Source: an uncultured Planctomycetota bacterium | Lineage (GTDB): Bacteria > Planctomycetota > Planctomycetia > Isosphaerales > Isosphaeraceae | Assembly (NCBI GenBank): GCA_963845755.1 | Contig: CAWJTV010000003.1 | Location: forward strand, 32,001 to 96,000 | Direction of reading: 5' to 3' | Length of the DNA: 64,000 bases | Shown here: in pieces, positions 42,845-54,134 of the stretch | How positions within the stretch are numbered: the stretch's first letter is position 1 | Layout: every line of letters begins with the position of its first letter | The notes under the pieces: model-generated | Told to the model about the DNA's origin: nothing | Databases searched by the model: none | Seen by the model: the letters and a program-made list of their open reading frames with translations, nothing else | Made by a program: the position numbers and the translations under genes

Positions 42845-44116
42845 TCACAGAGCCTTAAGGAAGTCCTGCTGCTCGTCCCGATCTTTGACCTTTCTACCCT
42901 TTCGTCGTCCCGAGAGGCGACCCTCCCCGGGATGGTCCGGATGGTCGCCGATCTGGCTCCGGTACATGTCGGGGAGAGGCATCACCGGCTCTGGGGGCGG
43001 CGACTGTTGACGCACAGGTGGTATCAGAGCGAGGCCCCCGAGTCGGGCTCCGGGCTCGAGTAGCTGACGTCGGATCTCTCTAGCCAGGACTTCCGCGAGC
43101 AGCGAGGGAACGGCGTTGCCGACCAGCCTCTGAGCATCGGTCCTCGCGCAGTCGTAAGAGACGCCGTCCGGGAAGGTCTGGATGCGACCCATCTCGCGGG
43201 CCGTGAGCTTCCTGTTGCACCAATGGAATGGCCCGATCGCCGAGCCCGGCTGGGCCTGTATGGTCCAGGACGGCTGGGCCTTTGAAAGCTTCAGTAAGAA
43301 GCTCCAATACCGGGTACGCCACCCGAAGAGAGGCTCTCCTCCCCCCGGTTCGTGTGCCAGAGGTAATTCTGCCCCTCGGGAATGGATGGCAGTAGATCCC
43401 CCCATTTGCCGCCAACCTTTAGGCTCGGCTCGTCGGGTTCTCGCGGAAGGTCGCCAATCGCATCCCACGCCGTGCGGAAGGGCTCTGATGTGTCAAAGAG
43501 GCCCCGCTCCTCGTGTGCGATGTGCGTGGGCTTTGGGAACCCGAATTCTTTGCCATCGCGGCTCCCGACGAGGAACACCCGCTCCCGGACCTGCGGCACC
43601 CCAAAATGGGCTGCGTTCAGCATCTTCCAAGAGACGGAGTAACTCGTACCGGCTACGTTGTTGATCTGATCGATGCCTTCCAGGATGTGGCGGAGTCCCT
43701 CGTCCTTTCCCTTGTAGGCTAGTCCGTAAACGTTCTCGAGGAGGAACACCCTGGGATTAGTGTCTCGTAGCACTCGGAGATACTCGGTCAGGGTGTTGGC
43801 CCGATCGTCGCTCAAGCAGAGAGTCGCCCGACACCCAGTACGATGACTTCGAGAACGGCTGACAGGGGGGGCCGCCGATCAATACGTCCGCCTCCCCGGG
43901 CCCGAGCCCCGCCCTTTTCAGGATCGCCTCCGAGCTAATGTTGTGGATGTCGCCCTCGAGCACACCCCATGACGGGCGGTTGAGGCGGGCCATGCGGCAC
44001 GCCGCCGGGTCTAGCTCCACGCCCGCGACAGTGTCGAACCCCGCCGCCTCGAAGCCGAAATCGAGGCCCCCGATCCCGGTGTATAGGCTAATGGCGGTGA
44101 GACGACGTCTAGACAT
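42845..44116 (-). CDS. dcm: DNA (cytosine-5) methyltransferase (frameshifts near 43810 and 43340)
   Basis: SLYTGIGGLD (I), GGPPCQPFS (IV), LENV (VI), GVPQVRERVF (VIII), RKLTAREMGRIQTFPD (IX), GNAVP (X). Confidence 0.95.
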
Positions 44117-44192
44117 GAGGAATGGTTCCTTATCAAGCACGGGGGCACTGGGTATACTCGCGGTACGCTCTACTGAAGTGTACACCATGTAA

Positions 44193-44211
44193 CTTGTATC
44201 GTCAATACAAG
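44193..44211. promoter_or_regulatory. Palindromic operator candidate (C-box-like)
   Basis: CTTGTAT-CGTCA-ATACAAG perfect inverted repeat between the divergent MTase and HTH genes. Confidence 0.6.
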
Positions 44212-44222
44212 ACCGGCCAGCC

Positions 44223-44468
44223 GTGATCAGGGTCAAGCTCCGAGAGGCGATGGAGGAGTTCCGGAACCGCTCCGGAATGCGGATGACTTACGAGCGCCTC
44301 GCCGAGGTTACCGGCATCGCGCGGGCGACCCTCGAGTCGCTCGCGTCTCGGCCAAACTATAATACTCGGCTCAGCACGATCGAGAAGCTCTGCCGGGCCC
44401 TCGATTGCCAGCCGGCTGATCTGCTTGAGCTTGTCGTTTCGGAGGACAGCGATGCCCCTTCGGATTGA
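44223..44468 (+). CDS. XRE/Cro HTH regulator (putative R-M controller)
   Basis: TYERLAEVTGIARATLESL HTH and TIEKLCRALDCQPADLL; overlaps the endonuclease start. Confidence 0.9.
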   Translation: MIRVKLREAMEEFRNRSGMRMTYERLAEVTGIARATLESLASRPNYNTRLSTIEKLCRALDCQPADLLELVVSEDSDAPSD

Positions 44469-45543
44469 CAAGACGAAAGCGATCGCCCTCCTGCACGTCG
44501 AGGCCGCCAAGGCGAAAGCCGGGGACGTCGATAAGACGTGGGTTGAAAAAATCGAGCGCCTCTCTCAACTGTGCGAGGACGGCGCCTCGATCACCCATAT
44601 CGCCTTCCTCGGGACGGTCGTTCTCGCGAAGTCGATGGATCGCTCCGCCGATCTCTTCGCCATAAAGCCGCGTCACGCGGGGGGCAATCCCAAAGCCTTC
44701 TCCGCGAGGATACTGTGTGAAAACGCCCTCGTCCCGTGCGCCGCCGAACTCGGTATCAGTCTTGGGGTTACCGGGCGCCAGCCGCTGAACAATCAGCCTT
44801 ACTTTCGCATGAATAGGCTCGGTGACGACACCCCGGTGCATCCCGGGGGGCGAGCAGCGTTCGAGTACATGGTGAGCCTGGTACGCGAGCTTCAAGCACT
44901 TCCTGATGAGAATTCGGCCCGAGCGGCTCTTCGGGCCTTCATTGACGTCCGCAGCCGATATCAAAGGCGATACGATGCTTACGAGGTCGGTGAGGTAAGC
45001 CCGGAGGCGCTTGTTCAGGCTATCAAGAAACTGGTGAGAGAGAACTCGGAAGGAGGACGCAGGGCCCAGGCTGTTGTCGCGGGCCTCATGGATACGTTCG
45101 CAGGTCCTGAGAGAGTCGAGAGCGGCCGAATCAACGACCCGAGCCGCAAGTATCCGGGGGACGTGTGCGTGCGACTGGCTTCGGATCCGGATGTCTGGGA
45201 GAAAGCCCTCGAGGTGAGGGACAAGCGAGTCAGCGCGACCGATGTCCAGGTATTCGCGAAGAAATGCGTCGATATGGACGTCCGCGAGGCGGCGATTGTC
45301 ATGGTCTCCGAGAAGCAGCAACCCCTCGATGATGAAGCATTGCATCAATGGGCGCGTGGATTTGGTATCGGGTTGACTTTATTTAATGGTTGGGATGCGA
45401 TTGTTGAACAAGCTCTATTCTGGTCCGAGCAGCCGAAGCCGGTTGCCGCAACGCAGGCGGCGCTTCACATCCACAAGAGACTGAAGGCAGTAGAGGTATC
45501 TCCCGAGGCGATCGCCTTATGGCAGTCGCTGATTCGCAAGTGA
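44452..45543 (+). CDS. Type II restriction endonuclease, SacI-like
   Basis: GRQPLNNQPYFR, SEGGRRAQAVVAG, INDPSRKYPGDV..EVRDK motifs recalled from the RE_SacI family; next to a C5-MTase and Vsr. Confidence 0.75.
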   Translation: MPLRIDKTKAIALLHVEAAKAKAGDVDKTWVEKIERLSQLCEDGASITHIAFLGTVVLAKSMDRSADLFAIKPRHAGGNPKAFSARILCENALVPCAAELGISLGVTGRQPLNNQPYFRMNRLGDDTPVHPGGRAAFEYMVSLVRELQALPDENSARAALRAFIDVRSRYQRRYDAYEVGEVSPEALVQAIKKLVRENSEGGRRAQAVVAGLMDTFAGPERVESGRINDPSRKYPGDVCVRLASDPDVWEKALEVRDKRVSATDVQVFAKKCVDMDVREAAIVMVSEKQQPLDDEALHQWARGFGIGLTLFNGWDAIVEQALFWSEQPKPVAATQAALHIHKRLKAVEVSPEAIALWQSLIRK

Positions 45544-45621
45544 TCATTGCTCAAAGTATTCCATCACCGTTTGGGCATAGTCCAGTATTTCGAGATGTTG
45601 GCCTTAAGCCACGTAACGTAA

Positions 45622-46104
45622 TCAGCCGTTGTATGATGATGTGCTCAGTGAATCATGCAAAAGCTTGATCTTTTGGGCGATGCCGAGCGGGTCCTTCTTT
45701 ATCTCGCTTTCCCAGATGCGGACAACGCGCCATCCCTGACTCTCAAGGATGGTAGAGTTCTCCGTATCTCGCTGTATGTTCCGAGCGATCTTAGCGAGCC
45801 AATACGGAGAGTTTGCGCCAAGGCTTAGCTTAGTTTGCAGCTTCTCCCACTCCCTGCCATGCCAAAAGTCGCCATCGCAGAAGATGGCCAATCGAAAGCG
45901 TGGGAACACGATATCAGGATTGCCTGGCAAAGTGGACATATGCTTCCGATAACGCAGCCCAAGACGCCAGAGGGCTTTTCGGAGAAGAACCTCGTGCTTC
46001 GTGTCCTTCTTCCGGTTGCCCTTCTTGGCCAAAGAAGCGCGATCGGACGCAGGACGGAGCCCCTTGAAACTAGGAGTCTTGCGGGCTGATTCGCAGTCGC
46101 TCAA
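45622..46104 (-). CDS. vsr: Very short patch repair endonuclease Vsr (start approximate)
   Basis: DTKHEVLLRKALWRLGLRYRKH, LPGNPDIVF, FCDGDFWHG, YWLAKIARNIQRD, GWRVVRIWE. Confidence 0.92.
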   Translation of the reverse strand: MSDCESARKTPSFKGLRPASDRASLAKKGNRKKDTKHEVLLRKALWRLGLRYRKHMSTLPGNPDIVFPRFRLAIFCDGDFWHGREWEKLQTKLSLGANSPYWLAKIARNIQRDTENSTILESQGWRVVRIWESEIKKDPLGIAQKIKLLHDSLSTSSYNG

Positions 46105-46775
46105 GGATTGATCGCCGATGGGCCTGATCTCCCGTGTTGTGAAAAGCCAAGGCTTAGGTAGTGGACTCACTTCCAAATGGGATAGCTCGAGGGGATAGAT
46201 TTGGAAGGCCAAGGTTATCCCAGTGCCTATCGCCGTCTCGATAGCGAGTCCCATTACGATCGTTTGGCAGAAATCCGGCAGGGTCAAGACCCATTGGAGG
46301 GAATGTAATGGGACATTCCTAAGTCCCGACGCAGACTGCGTGACATGGTGAGATTGCGACGACCCGGAAGGAGCGCAGCCAGAGGCCAGCCAACCAGGGG
46401 TGCCGCCTCCATGGTCCAAGCGGGGGAAAAGAAGGGCCGTCCCAAAGAGACGCGTTACGCTGGTCCTGGCCACGTTGGTGGCCGCCCGAGGCCAGCGAGA
46501 CTGCGGGAACCGGCGGTATTTGATAAGATACCCTGCCAGGTCACAGTCACCTCGACGACTCGGAGCCAGGATCCCTCCGGCCAGGCGCTGTGAGAAGACT
46601 TGGCCGGCACCTGGCTGGCTGGTTACAAGAGGCGATCTGTGGTTCTCCCTCCCACGCGAGTACGATAAGGGGAATCCCCGGCGCACGATCCGTGTGAAAC
46701 CGCGGCCGCGTTTCGGGAACGGCGGCGCGTCCGGGCCTCGTCCCTGCGGATCGACACGACAACCCGGGAGTCTCC

Positions 46776-47045
46776 ATGAAGAAGAAGGCCGTCATGATCG
46801 AACTGACCGAACAACAGATGAACGCACTGGAGAATCCGGAGGAGACCCCACTCCGCATGGTTAATCCCCGCACCGGGGAGACGTTCGTCCTGCTCAGCGA
46901 GAAGGAATTCGGACGATCGAGCGAGGAGGGATATGATGATAGCCCCTGGACTCGCGAGGAACGGCAGGCCCTGGCCTGGCAGGCGGGCCGACATGCCGGC
47001 TGGGAAGACATGGACGAGTACGACGAGATCCCGGAGCGGCCATGA
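46776..47045 (+). CDS. Putative antitoxin (small acidic protein)
   Basis: 89 aa acidic; ATGA overlap with the PemK-like toxin. Confidence 0.7.
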   Translation: MKKKAVMIELTEQQMNALENPEETPLRMVNPRTGETFVLLSEKEFGRSSEEGYDDSPWTREERQALAWQAGRHAGWEDMDEYDEIPERP

Positions 47046-47392
47046 AACAGGGTGACGTCGTGCTCGTCCGATTCCCGCATCCCTCCGGCCAGCGCGGGAA
47101 GAAGCGGCCAGCGGTCGTGGTGCAGTCCGACGCCTACCTGGGGACCTTCGGCACCGTCATTGTCGCGGAGGTGACCAAGAACCCGAAGATGGCCGGCGAT
47201 CCCGCCTGTTTGTTCATCGACTCGAGCACAGCCGAGGGCAAAGCCACCGGCCTGATCCGCGATTCCGTCGTCTCTTGGCTCTTGCTCGCTACGGTGGATG
47301 CGGACACCGTGGCAAACGTCCTGGGCACGCTGTCGCCGAACCTGATGCAACGGTTGAATGCGTGCCCGAGGGCCAGTTTCGACCTGCCCTGA
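47042..47392 (+). CDS. PemK/MazF family toxin
   Basis: MKQGDVVLVRFP..KKRPAVVVQSD..VIVAEVT..TGLIRDS. Confidence 0.9.
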   Translation: MKQGDVVLVRFPHPSGQRGKKRPAVVVQSDAYLGTFGTVIVAEVTKNPKMAGDPACLFIDSSTAEGKATGLIRDSVVSWLLLATVDADTVANVLGTLSPNLMQRLNACPRASFDLP

Positions 47393-47848
47393 ACGCCGCG
47401 CCTGATTCGCTTGATGTTCGCTTCGAACACCGGCCGATGCCCCCGTCGATCGCTCCGGGTACGCATTCCCCCTCAAGCGGGCAACCGTTGAGCATGAGAA
47501 ACCGGACAACGCCCGCACTCGCGGCGACGTTCGCCGCTCCATCCAACCCGATCATAACGGCGAGGTGGGACAGATCCCGTCCAACGTGACTGATGTTCAC
47601 GTTGAACGAATCCCCGTCCCATCAGCGTCCACTCGGAGATCGGAGTGGAACGTCGTCGTCACAATCGCCACAACCCGACCCAGAAAATCCCGGATCCGAA
47701 AGGCTGGGCCCCAAAAAGGTGCGTATAGTTCCCAGTAACGGGATTTGCCGGTGCGTTCGGGGTGCGCAAAAGAGAGAAAGCAAACGGGCGAAGGTAGGGT
47801 GGCGGGGATGGGTGGCGGGGGATGGGTAGCGGGGGAAGACTGAGAGCC

Positions 47849-48214
47849 AATCGACGAGACGAAGCCACAATCATGACGAGAAAACATGAAGTATCGATTG
47901 CAACGAATGTGCGAACTATGACGACTCGCGCGGCCAGGCCGGTCGGGCCGGTTCCCCTCGCTCGGGATCGATCAACGACCCGCGTGAAATCGGCGGAACG
48001 AACCCACGGGGCCGCAGGGGCGGGAGAACACGTCGCGCGAAATCGTCGAAACGAAGCCAACCGCCCTGAAGCGCTGGTCCTGATCGCCATCGGGCTCGTC
48101 AGGGCGACGCGTGAAATCGTCGAAACGAAGCCATCGCCGCCCGCCCGCGCCCGGAATCGGGAAAAACGAAGCCATCGCCGCCGGCCGGCACCCAAGAACG
48201 CGAAATCGAACCCA
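47849..48214 (+). repeat. Irregular array of ~26-bp repeats, core AACGAA(G/C)CCA
   Basis: Copies at about 47849, 47981, 48034, 48108, 48149 and 48194; consensus CGCG(T/C)GAAATCGTCGAAACGAAGCCA. Confidence 0.8.
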
Positions 48215-48492
48215 CGATTATCGGGGTGGAAGCGATCGTACGGCTGGCGCGGGTCCTGCAGCACGATCCCGAGATCGGCGTGGTAGCGATTGCGTGGCTG
48301 GCGCGGGCCTCTGCCGCGCGAATTCGGGAACGCGGCGGTCGGCGACACCTCGGGTCTTCTTCTGACTACGACCCTACGCCATGTAAACTTTTGTATAGAG
48401 AATCCCTTGCGGGCCGCCAATGCGTCGGGGACAATCGCGTGATGAGAGATCTTCTCCCGATGACCGACTGGCGTGAGAGGTGCCACCCACCC

Positions 48493-51400
48493 ATGAATCA
48501 GCCCGACGATCGCGCCGATGACGTGCTCGACCGGTTTCATCCGGCGGTGTCATCGTGGTTCCGCGAGCAGTTTGGCGAGCCGACACCTGCGCAGCGGCTG
48601 GGCTGGCCGGCGATCGCCTCGGGACAGAATGCCCTGATCGTGGCGCCGACCGGTTCGGGAAAGACGCTGGCCGCGTTCCTGGCCGCACTCGATCACCTCT
48701 GGCGAGCTCCGCGCCAGGAAAAGGGCGTCCGCATCCTCTACATTTCCCCGCTGAAAGCGTTGAACCAGGATGTCTGGCGCAACCTGCAATTTCCCCTGGA
48801 AGGCATCCTGGTGCGGTCGAAGGCGATGGGCATGCCTCTGTCCGCACTGAGCGTCGCGGTGCGGAGCGGTGATACACCGAGCGCGGACCGAGCCAGGATG
48901 GTCCGCAAGCCGCCGGACATCCTCATCACCACGCCGGAATCGCTCCACCTGATGCTGACCAGCCAGGCCAGGAAGATCCTGCGCGGGGTCTCGCACGTGA
49001 TCGTTGATGAGATCCATGCGGTCTGCGGCAACAAGCGGGGCGTGTTCCTGGCCTTGTTGCTGGAACGCCTGGAGGCGATCAATCCGGCGAGCTTCGTGCG
49101 GATCGGGCTGTCGGCGACCCAGCGCCCGCTGGAGGAAGTGGCGCGCTATCTGGGCGGACTCCGTCGGGTCGGGCCGTCGACCATCGAGCCCCGGCCGGTC
49201 GCCGTCATCGACGCCGGCCGGCGGCGCGACCTGGACCTGTCGGTCATCTGGCCGGCCGGCCCCGATCGGCTGCCGGGCGCCGGCATGATCTGGCCGGCAA
49301 TCGAGGACAAGCTGGCGACATTGGTCCGCGCACATCGTTCGACGATCATCTTCACCAATAATCGGAGGACCGTCGAGAAGCTGACCGGCCGGCTCAACGA
49401 GGCGGCCATGGCCGACGCGGAGGACGAGGCGAGCCGCCCGTTCCGGGCCCATCATGGAAGCCTGAGCCTGGACGAGCGCCGGGCCACGGAAGACGCGCTC
49501 AAGAACGGCGAGCTCGCGGCGGTGGTGGCCACGGCCTCGTTAGAGTTGGGGATCGACATGGGAGCGGTCAACCTGGTCTGTCAGGTGGAATCGCCGGGGA
49601 ACGTGTCGCGAGGGCTCCAGCGAGTGGGCCGCGCCGGGCACGTGGTGCACGGCGTGAGCCGGGGGCGACTGATCGCCAAGACTCCGGCCGACCTGCTCGA
49701 ATCGGCGGCCCTGTGTCGTGCCATGATCCAGGGGGAGATCGAGCACCTGCGCGTGCCGCGGGGATGCCTGGATGTCCTGGCCCAGCAGATGGTCGCGTGC
49801 GTGGCCATGGAACCGTGGGACGTCCCCGCGCTGCTCGACCTGGTCCGGAGTGCCTACCCATTCCACGACCTCTCGGCCGAGGCGTTCGAGAGCGTCCTCC
49901 GGCTGATCTCGGGCCGGTTTCCAACCCCGGGGCTCCGCGACCTGCGCGCCGAATCGCCTGGGACCCGATCCACAACCGGCTGGCCGCATTGCCGGGGACC
50001 GCGCATCTGGCCCTCCTCGGCGGCGGGACGATCCCCGATACGGGCCAGTTCCCGGTGTATCTCGGTGACGGCGGGCCGCGCCTCGGCGAGCTGGACGAGG
50101 AATTCGTCTTCGAGCGTCGGGTGGGCGAGACGTTCATCCTCGGCAATTCGGCATGGCGGATCGATGCCATCGAGGCGCATCGCGTGGTGGTCGGCAAGGC
50201 GGAGGGTCATCCGGGGGTGATGCCCTTCTGGCATGGAGAAGCGGCGCCACGCTCGCCCGAGTTAGGCGAGGCGGTCGGGGCGCTGCGCGCGAGCTGACCG
50301 AGCGGCTCGACGACCCCGGTTTACTCCCCTGGCTGGAGCGCGAGTGCCGGCTCGAGGCAACGGCTGCGCGGATGATCCGGCAATTCCTCGCCCGTCAGCA
50401 ACGGTTGGCGGGAGTCGTGCCCGACGATCGCACGATCCTGATCGAAGCGTTCCCCGACCAGACCGGTGAACTCGGCCTGGCCATCCTCACGCCGTTCGGC
50501 GGCACCCTGCACCTCGGGTTGAAGCTCGCGCTGCTCGGTCGGATCCGCCGACGGCTTGGCCTGACCCCCGCATGCCTCCACGGCGACGATGGCCTGCTGT
50601 TCCGCCTCCCGAACCTGGATGAGCCTCCCCTTGACCTCTTCGACGGCTTAACCGGCGAACTCGCCGAAAACCTGATCCGCGAGGAGCTCCCGGACACCGC
50701 CCTGTTCGGCTTGCGGTTCCGGCAGAACGCGTCCCGGGCCTTGCTCATGCCACGGCCCGACCCGGCCAAGCGCACGCCGCTCTGGCTCCAGCGACTCCGG
50801 GCCAAGGATCTGTTGCAAGTCGCGCGACAGTTCCCGGATTTCCCCATCGTGCTGGAGACCTTCCGCGAATGCCTCGACGATGACCTCGACCTGCCCCGAC
50901 TCCGCGCGTTCCTCGACGCGATCCAGGAGGGATCCATCCGCGTGGTGCGCCGACGGGCCGAGGTCCCCTCGCCGCTGACCTCCGAGCTGATCTTCGCCTT
51001 CACGGCGGCTCACGTGTACGAGTGGGATCAGCCGAAGTCGAGCGCCCGGCAGCCGGCGGCGTCGGTGGTCGACGAGGACCTGCTCGGTCCGCTCCTCCGC
51101 GATGGAGCGTCATCCCGATGGCTGGATCCCCAGGCGATCGGGCGCGTGGACAACCGGCTCCGCCGTCTGGGCCATCCCCCGCGCACCGCGGAGGAGATGT
51201 CCGAGCACCTCCGCAGGCTGGGCGACCTGACGACGGCGGAACTCTCTGGTCCGATGGCCGCCTTCCTGGCGGAGTTGCAAGCCTCCGGCCGAGCCCTCAC
51301 GATCGAGCTGACCGGGACCTCCGAACCCCTGCGATGGATCCTGACGGAGGACGTCTCGCTCTATCAGGAAGCGTTTCCCGGCGCACTCGGCGGTGCTGTG

Positions 51401-52990
51401 CCCCACGGCTCGGAAAGAGCCTCGCCCTCGTTGCCCGCAACGAACGCGCGCATGACGATCGTCGAGCGATTCTTGCGTACTCATGCGCTCATCGGCCTGG
51501 CCGATCTGACGGCCCGGTATCCGATCTCCCCGCCCGAGGCGACCGAGCTGCTGGAACATTGGGCCGAGGAAGGAAAAGCAATCCGGTTGGATGGGCGAGA
51601 CGGGTCGGAGGAAGCACGATGGGCGGAGCGCGACAACCTGGCCGAAATCCGCCGCGCGACCGTCGCGGCCCGTCGGCGGGAGAGCCTGGCCGTCTCACCG
51701 GAAACCTTCGCCGACTTCCTGCTCCGATGGCAGCACGTCCATCCTTCCACCCGCGGGGAGGGCCCGGCGTTCGTCGAGACGGTGTTGCAACAGCTCCAGG
51801 GCTATGCCATGCCGGCACGGCTCTGGGAAAGCGAGGTCTTCCCCAGGCACGTCGAGGGCTATCGCCCGGCCTGGCTGGACGAGGTGCTCAACCGGGGGTC
51901 CTGGTTGTGGCGGTCTGCGCGGGGCCTTGAATCTTCGGATGAGCGGAAACCCGTCGATGGTGAGCCGCGCGTGGCCTTCTTCCTCCGCGATTTCCCGGGT
52001 CAGACCGAAGGAACGCGCGAACTCGGGGATCTCTCCGATGACGAGGCCCGGGTCCTGGGACTGCTGGATCGGGAGGGCGCAGCGGTTCGCGTCCGACCTG
52101 GCGCGGATCTCGGGCATCGAGCCGACGCGGGTGCGCCGCGCGCTGCCGGGCCTGTTGGTCCGGGGACTGGTGACGAACGACCGCTTCGATCCGGTGCGCC
52201 CGGCGCAGAGTCAGCCCTCCTGGCCTTGACCGAGGCGGCGTCGGATCGCCGCGGTGGGCACTTGTTGCGAATCCGCCCGCGGCGATCGATCGCCGGCCAG
52301 CCCGAGGGGCGCTGGTCGCGCCTGGCCGATTCCGCGAACGATCCCGAGGGCCAGCTCCTGGCCTGGGCCGGCGCACTGCTGGAGCGCTACGGTGTGCTGA
52401 CGCGCGAAATCGCCGCCCTCGATCGATCGGCACCCACCTGGAGCGACATCGCTCCGATCCTGGCCCGTGCCGAGTGGCGCGACGAGGTCCGGCGTGGATA
52501 CTTCGTCGAGGGCCTTTCCGGGGTCCAGTATGCGACGGAGGAAGCCGCCGCCGAGCTGGGCCGGCTATCGGCACAATCTCCAGCGGTTACACCGGTTATC
52601 CTGGTATCCACGATCGATCCGGCCAACCTCTACGGCGCGGGCGCACCCCTGGATGTGGAGCTGCTCGACGGCGGCGTCGCACGCCTGCCGCGCATTGCCG
52701 GCAATTTCCTGGCGATCCGCGACGGACGCCCCGTCCTGATCGTCGAAGCCTACGGTAAGCGCCTGACCGGACTCCCCTGGGCTTCCCAGACCGACATCGA
52801 TTCCGCGCTGAAGCTTCTCACCACCTTAACCGGGCCCGCTCGACGGATCCTCAAGGTCGAATTGTATAATAGTGTGCCCGCCGCGGAGAGCCCGGCGGCC
52901 GCCCGACTCACCGAGGCGGGCTTCGTCCGCGATTATCCCGCGATGGCGTACTACGCGGGGTGGCCGACGATCCCTGCCGGGGCAACCTGA
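48493..52990 (+). CDS. lhr: Lhr family ATP-dependent helicase (frameshifts near 49950, 50285, 52080-52200)
   Basis: APTGSGKT, ISPLKAL, TTPESL, DEIH, SAT, HHGSL, ELGID, QRVGRAGH; C-terminal LLERYGVLTRE, RGYFVEGL, DPANLYG. Confidence 0.95.
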
Positions 52991-53082
52991 CCGATTTTCG
53001 ATTTTTTGGGATGCGGGTTCCATGAATCCAATAATCCAAGATCGAGAATCCACAATCCAGATAACGCCACCGGAGCCGACCG

Positions 53083-53895
53083 ATGGAGACTCCCCCGAAC
53101 CAATCCCAGCCCGCGGGCGAGCCCTACTACGACTGCATCGTGATCAGCGACCTGCACCTGGGAAGCGACGTCTGTCAGGCCAAGCTGCTCGAGGAATTCC
53201 TGACCTGGGCCGTCCAGCACTGCCACGAACTGGTGATCAACGGCGATATCTTCGACGACCTCAATTTCAAGCGATTGACGAAGCGGCACTTCGCCTGTCT
53301 GAAGATCATCCGGCGCAACTCGGATCGCGAGGATTTCCGCCTGGTCTGGGTCCGTGGCAACCACGACGGCCCGGCCGACATCATCAGCCACATCGTCGGA
53401 GTCGAGATCCTGGACGAATACATCTTCGACAACCAGCGGATCCGGCTCCTGATCCTCCACGGAGACCAGTTCGACATGTTTGCCACGGGCTACCCTTGGT
53501 TTACCGAAATCGCCTGCGGCATTTTCTACTATATCCAGAAGTACATGCCTCATCGCGCGGCCCGTTGGATCCGGCGGATCTCGAAGCAATTTCAGCGGAA
53601 CAGCCAGCTCGTCGAGAGCCGGGCCATCGAATACGCCCGGGGCCGGGGATTCCGGTATGTCACCTGCGGCCACACCCATCTGCCCTTGGTCTCCGAGCGC
53701 GACGGCGTCCATTATGTCAACAGCGGCACCTGGACCGATTATCCGCCCTGTCCCTTCGTGGCGGTCCAGGGGAACGAGGTCCGACTGGAAGCTTGGCCGC
53801 TGGCCCAGGCAGAGACCGAAACCGAAACCGGGACCGCGGAAGATCCGGAGCGGCGGTCCCATCCTGCGATGCCTCCCCTGCCTGCCATGGGCTGA
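53083..53895 (+). CDS. Metallophosphoesterase (UDP-2,3-diacylglucosamine hydrolase-like)
   Basis: ISDLHLG, NGDIFD, RGNHD, LHGDQFD, CGHTH, YVNSGTW. Confidence 0.92.
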   Translation: METPPNQSQPAGEPYYDCIVISDLHLGSDVCQAKLLEEFLTWAVQHCHELVINGDIFDDLNFKRLTKRHFACLKIIRRNSDREDFRLVWVRGNHDGPADIISHIVGVEILDEYIFDNQRIRLLILHGDQFDMFATGYPWFTEIACGIFYYIQKYMPHRAARWIRRISKQFQRNSQLVESRAIEYARGRGFRYVTCGHTHLPLVSERDGVHYVNSGTWTDYPPCPFVAVQGNEVRLEAWPLAQAETETETGTAEDPERRSHPAMPPLPAMG

Positions 53896-54134
53896 TCGGC
53901 TTCCGAGCATTTGCAAAGAACGGGCGTGTTCCGTTTTAACCACTCAGGCCGATGATTGGGTCGAAGGACGTGTGGAATTCCCATCGTCCTGGTAGGATAA
54001 TCTGGAATGGATCCGGAGATTGTCGTCGGACGCGCGCGCGTCGATCGATAGGGAACGCGGTCGGACTCGCCGGCAAATTGTGTGGAAGGACCGGTCCCTG
54101 TGTCGGCTACCCTCGTGTGAGTGAGCGAATTGCC

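Larger units (their letters stand above)
34349..48382. mobile_element. ~14-kb defence island inserted in the 5' end of lhr
   Basis: Flanked by lhr 5' direct repeats; contains RhuM, IS, nuclease-helicase, R-M, Vsr and TA genes; R-M region looks less GC-rich. Confidence 0.8.

Noticed and set aside
46355..46385. SRP RNA (CCGGAAGG..GCAGCC resemblance)
   Set aside because: Lacks the CAGG side of the conserved internal loop and a long closing stem.
46140..46770. Extended Vsr N-terminus or an additional gene
   Set aside because: The upstream extension of the 45622..46686 ORF is not protein-like; only a short start-less fragment (~46186-46309, +) could be a relic.
47849..48214. CRISPR array
   Set aside because: Repeats are degenerate and non-palindromic, spacing is irregular, and there is no cas operon; the Cas4-like domain is part of a helicase fusion.
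34349..48382. Prophage or ICE
   Set aside because: No integrase, structural, replication or conjugation genes seen.
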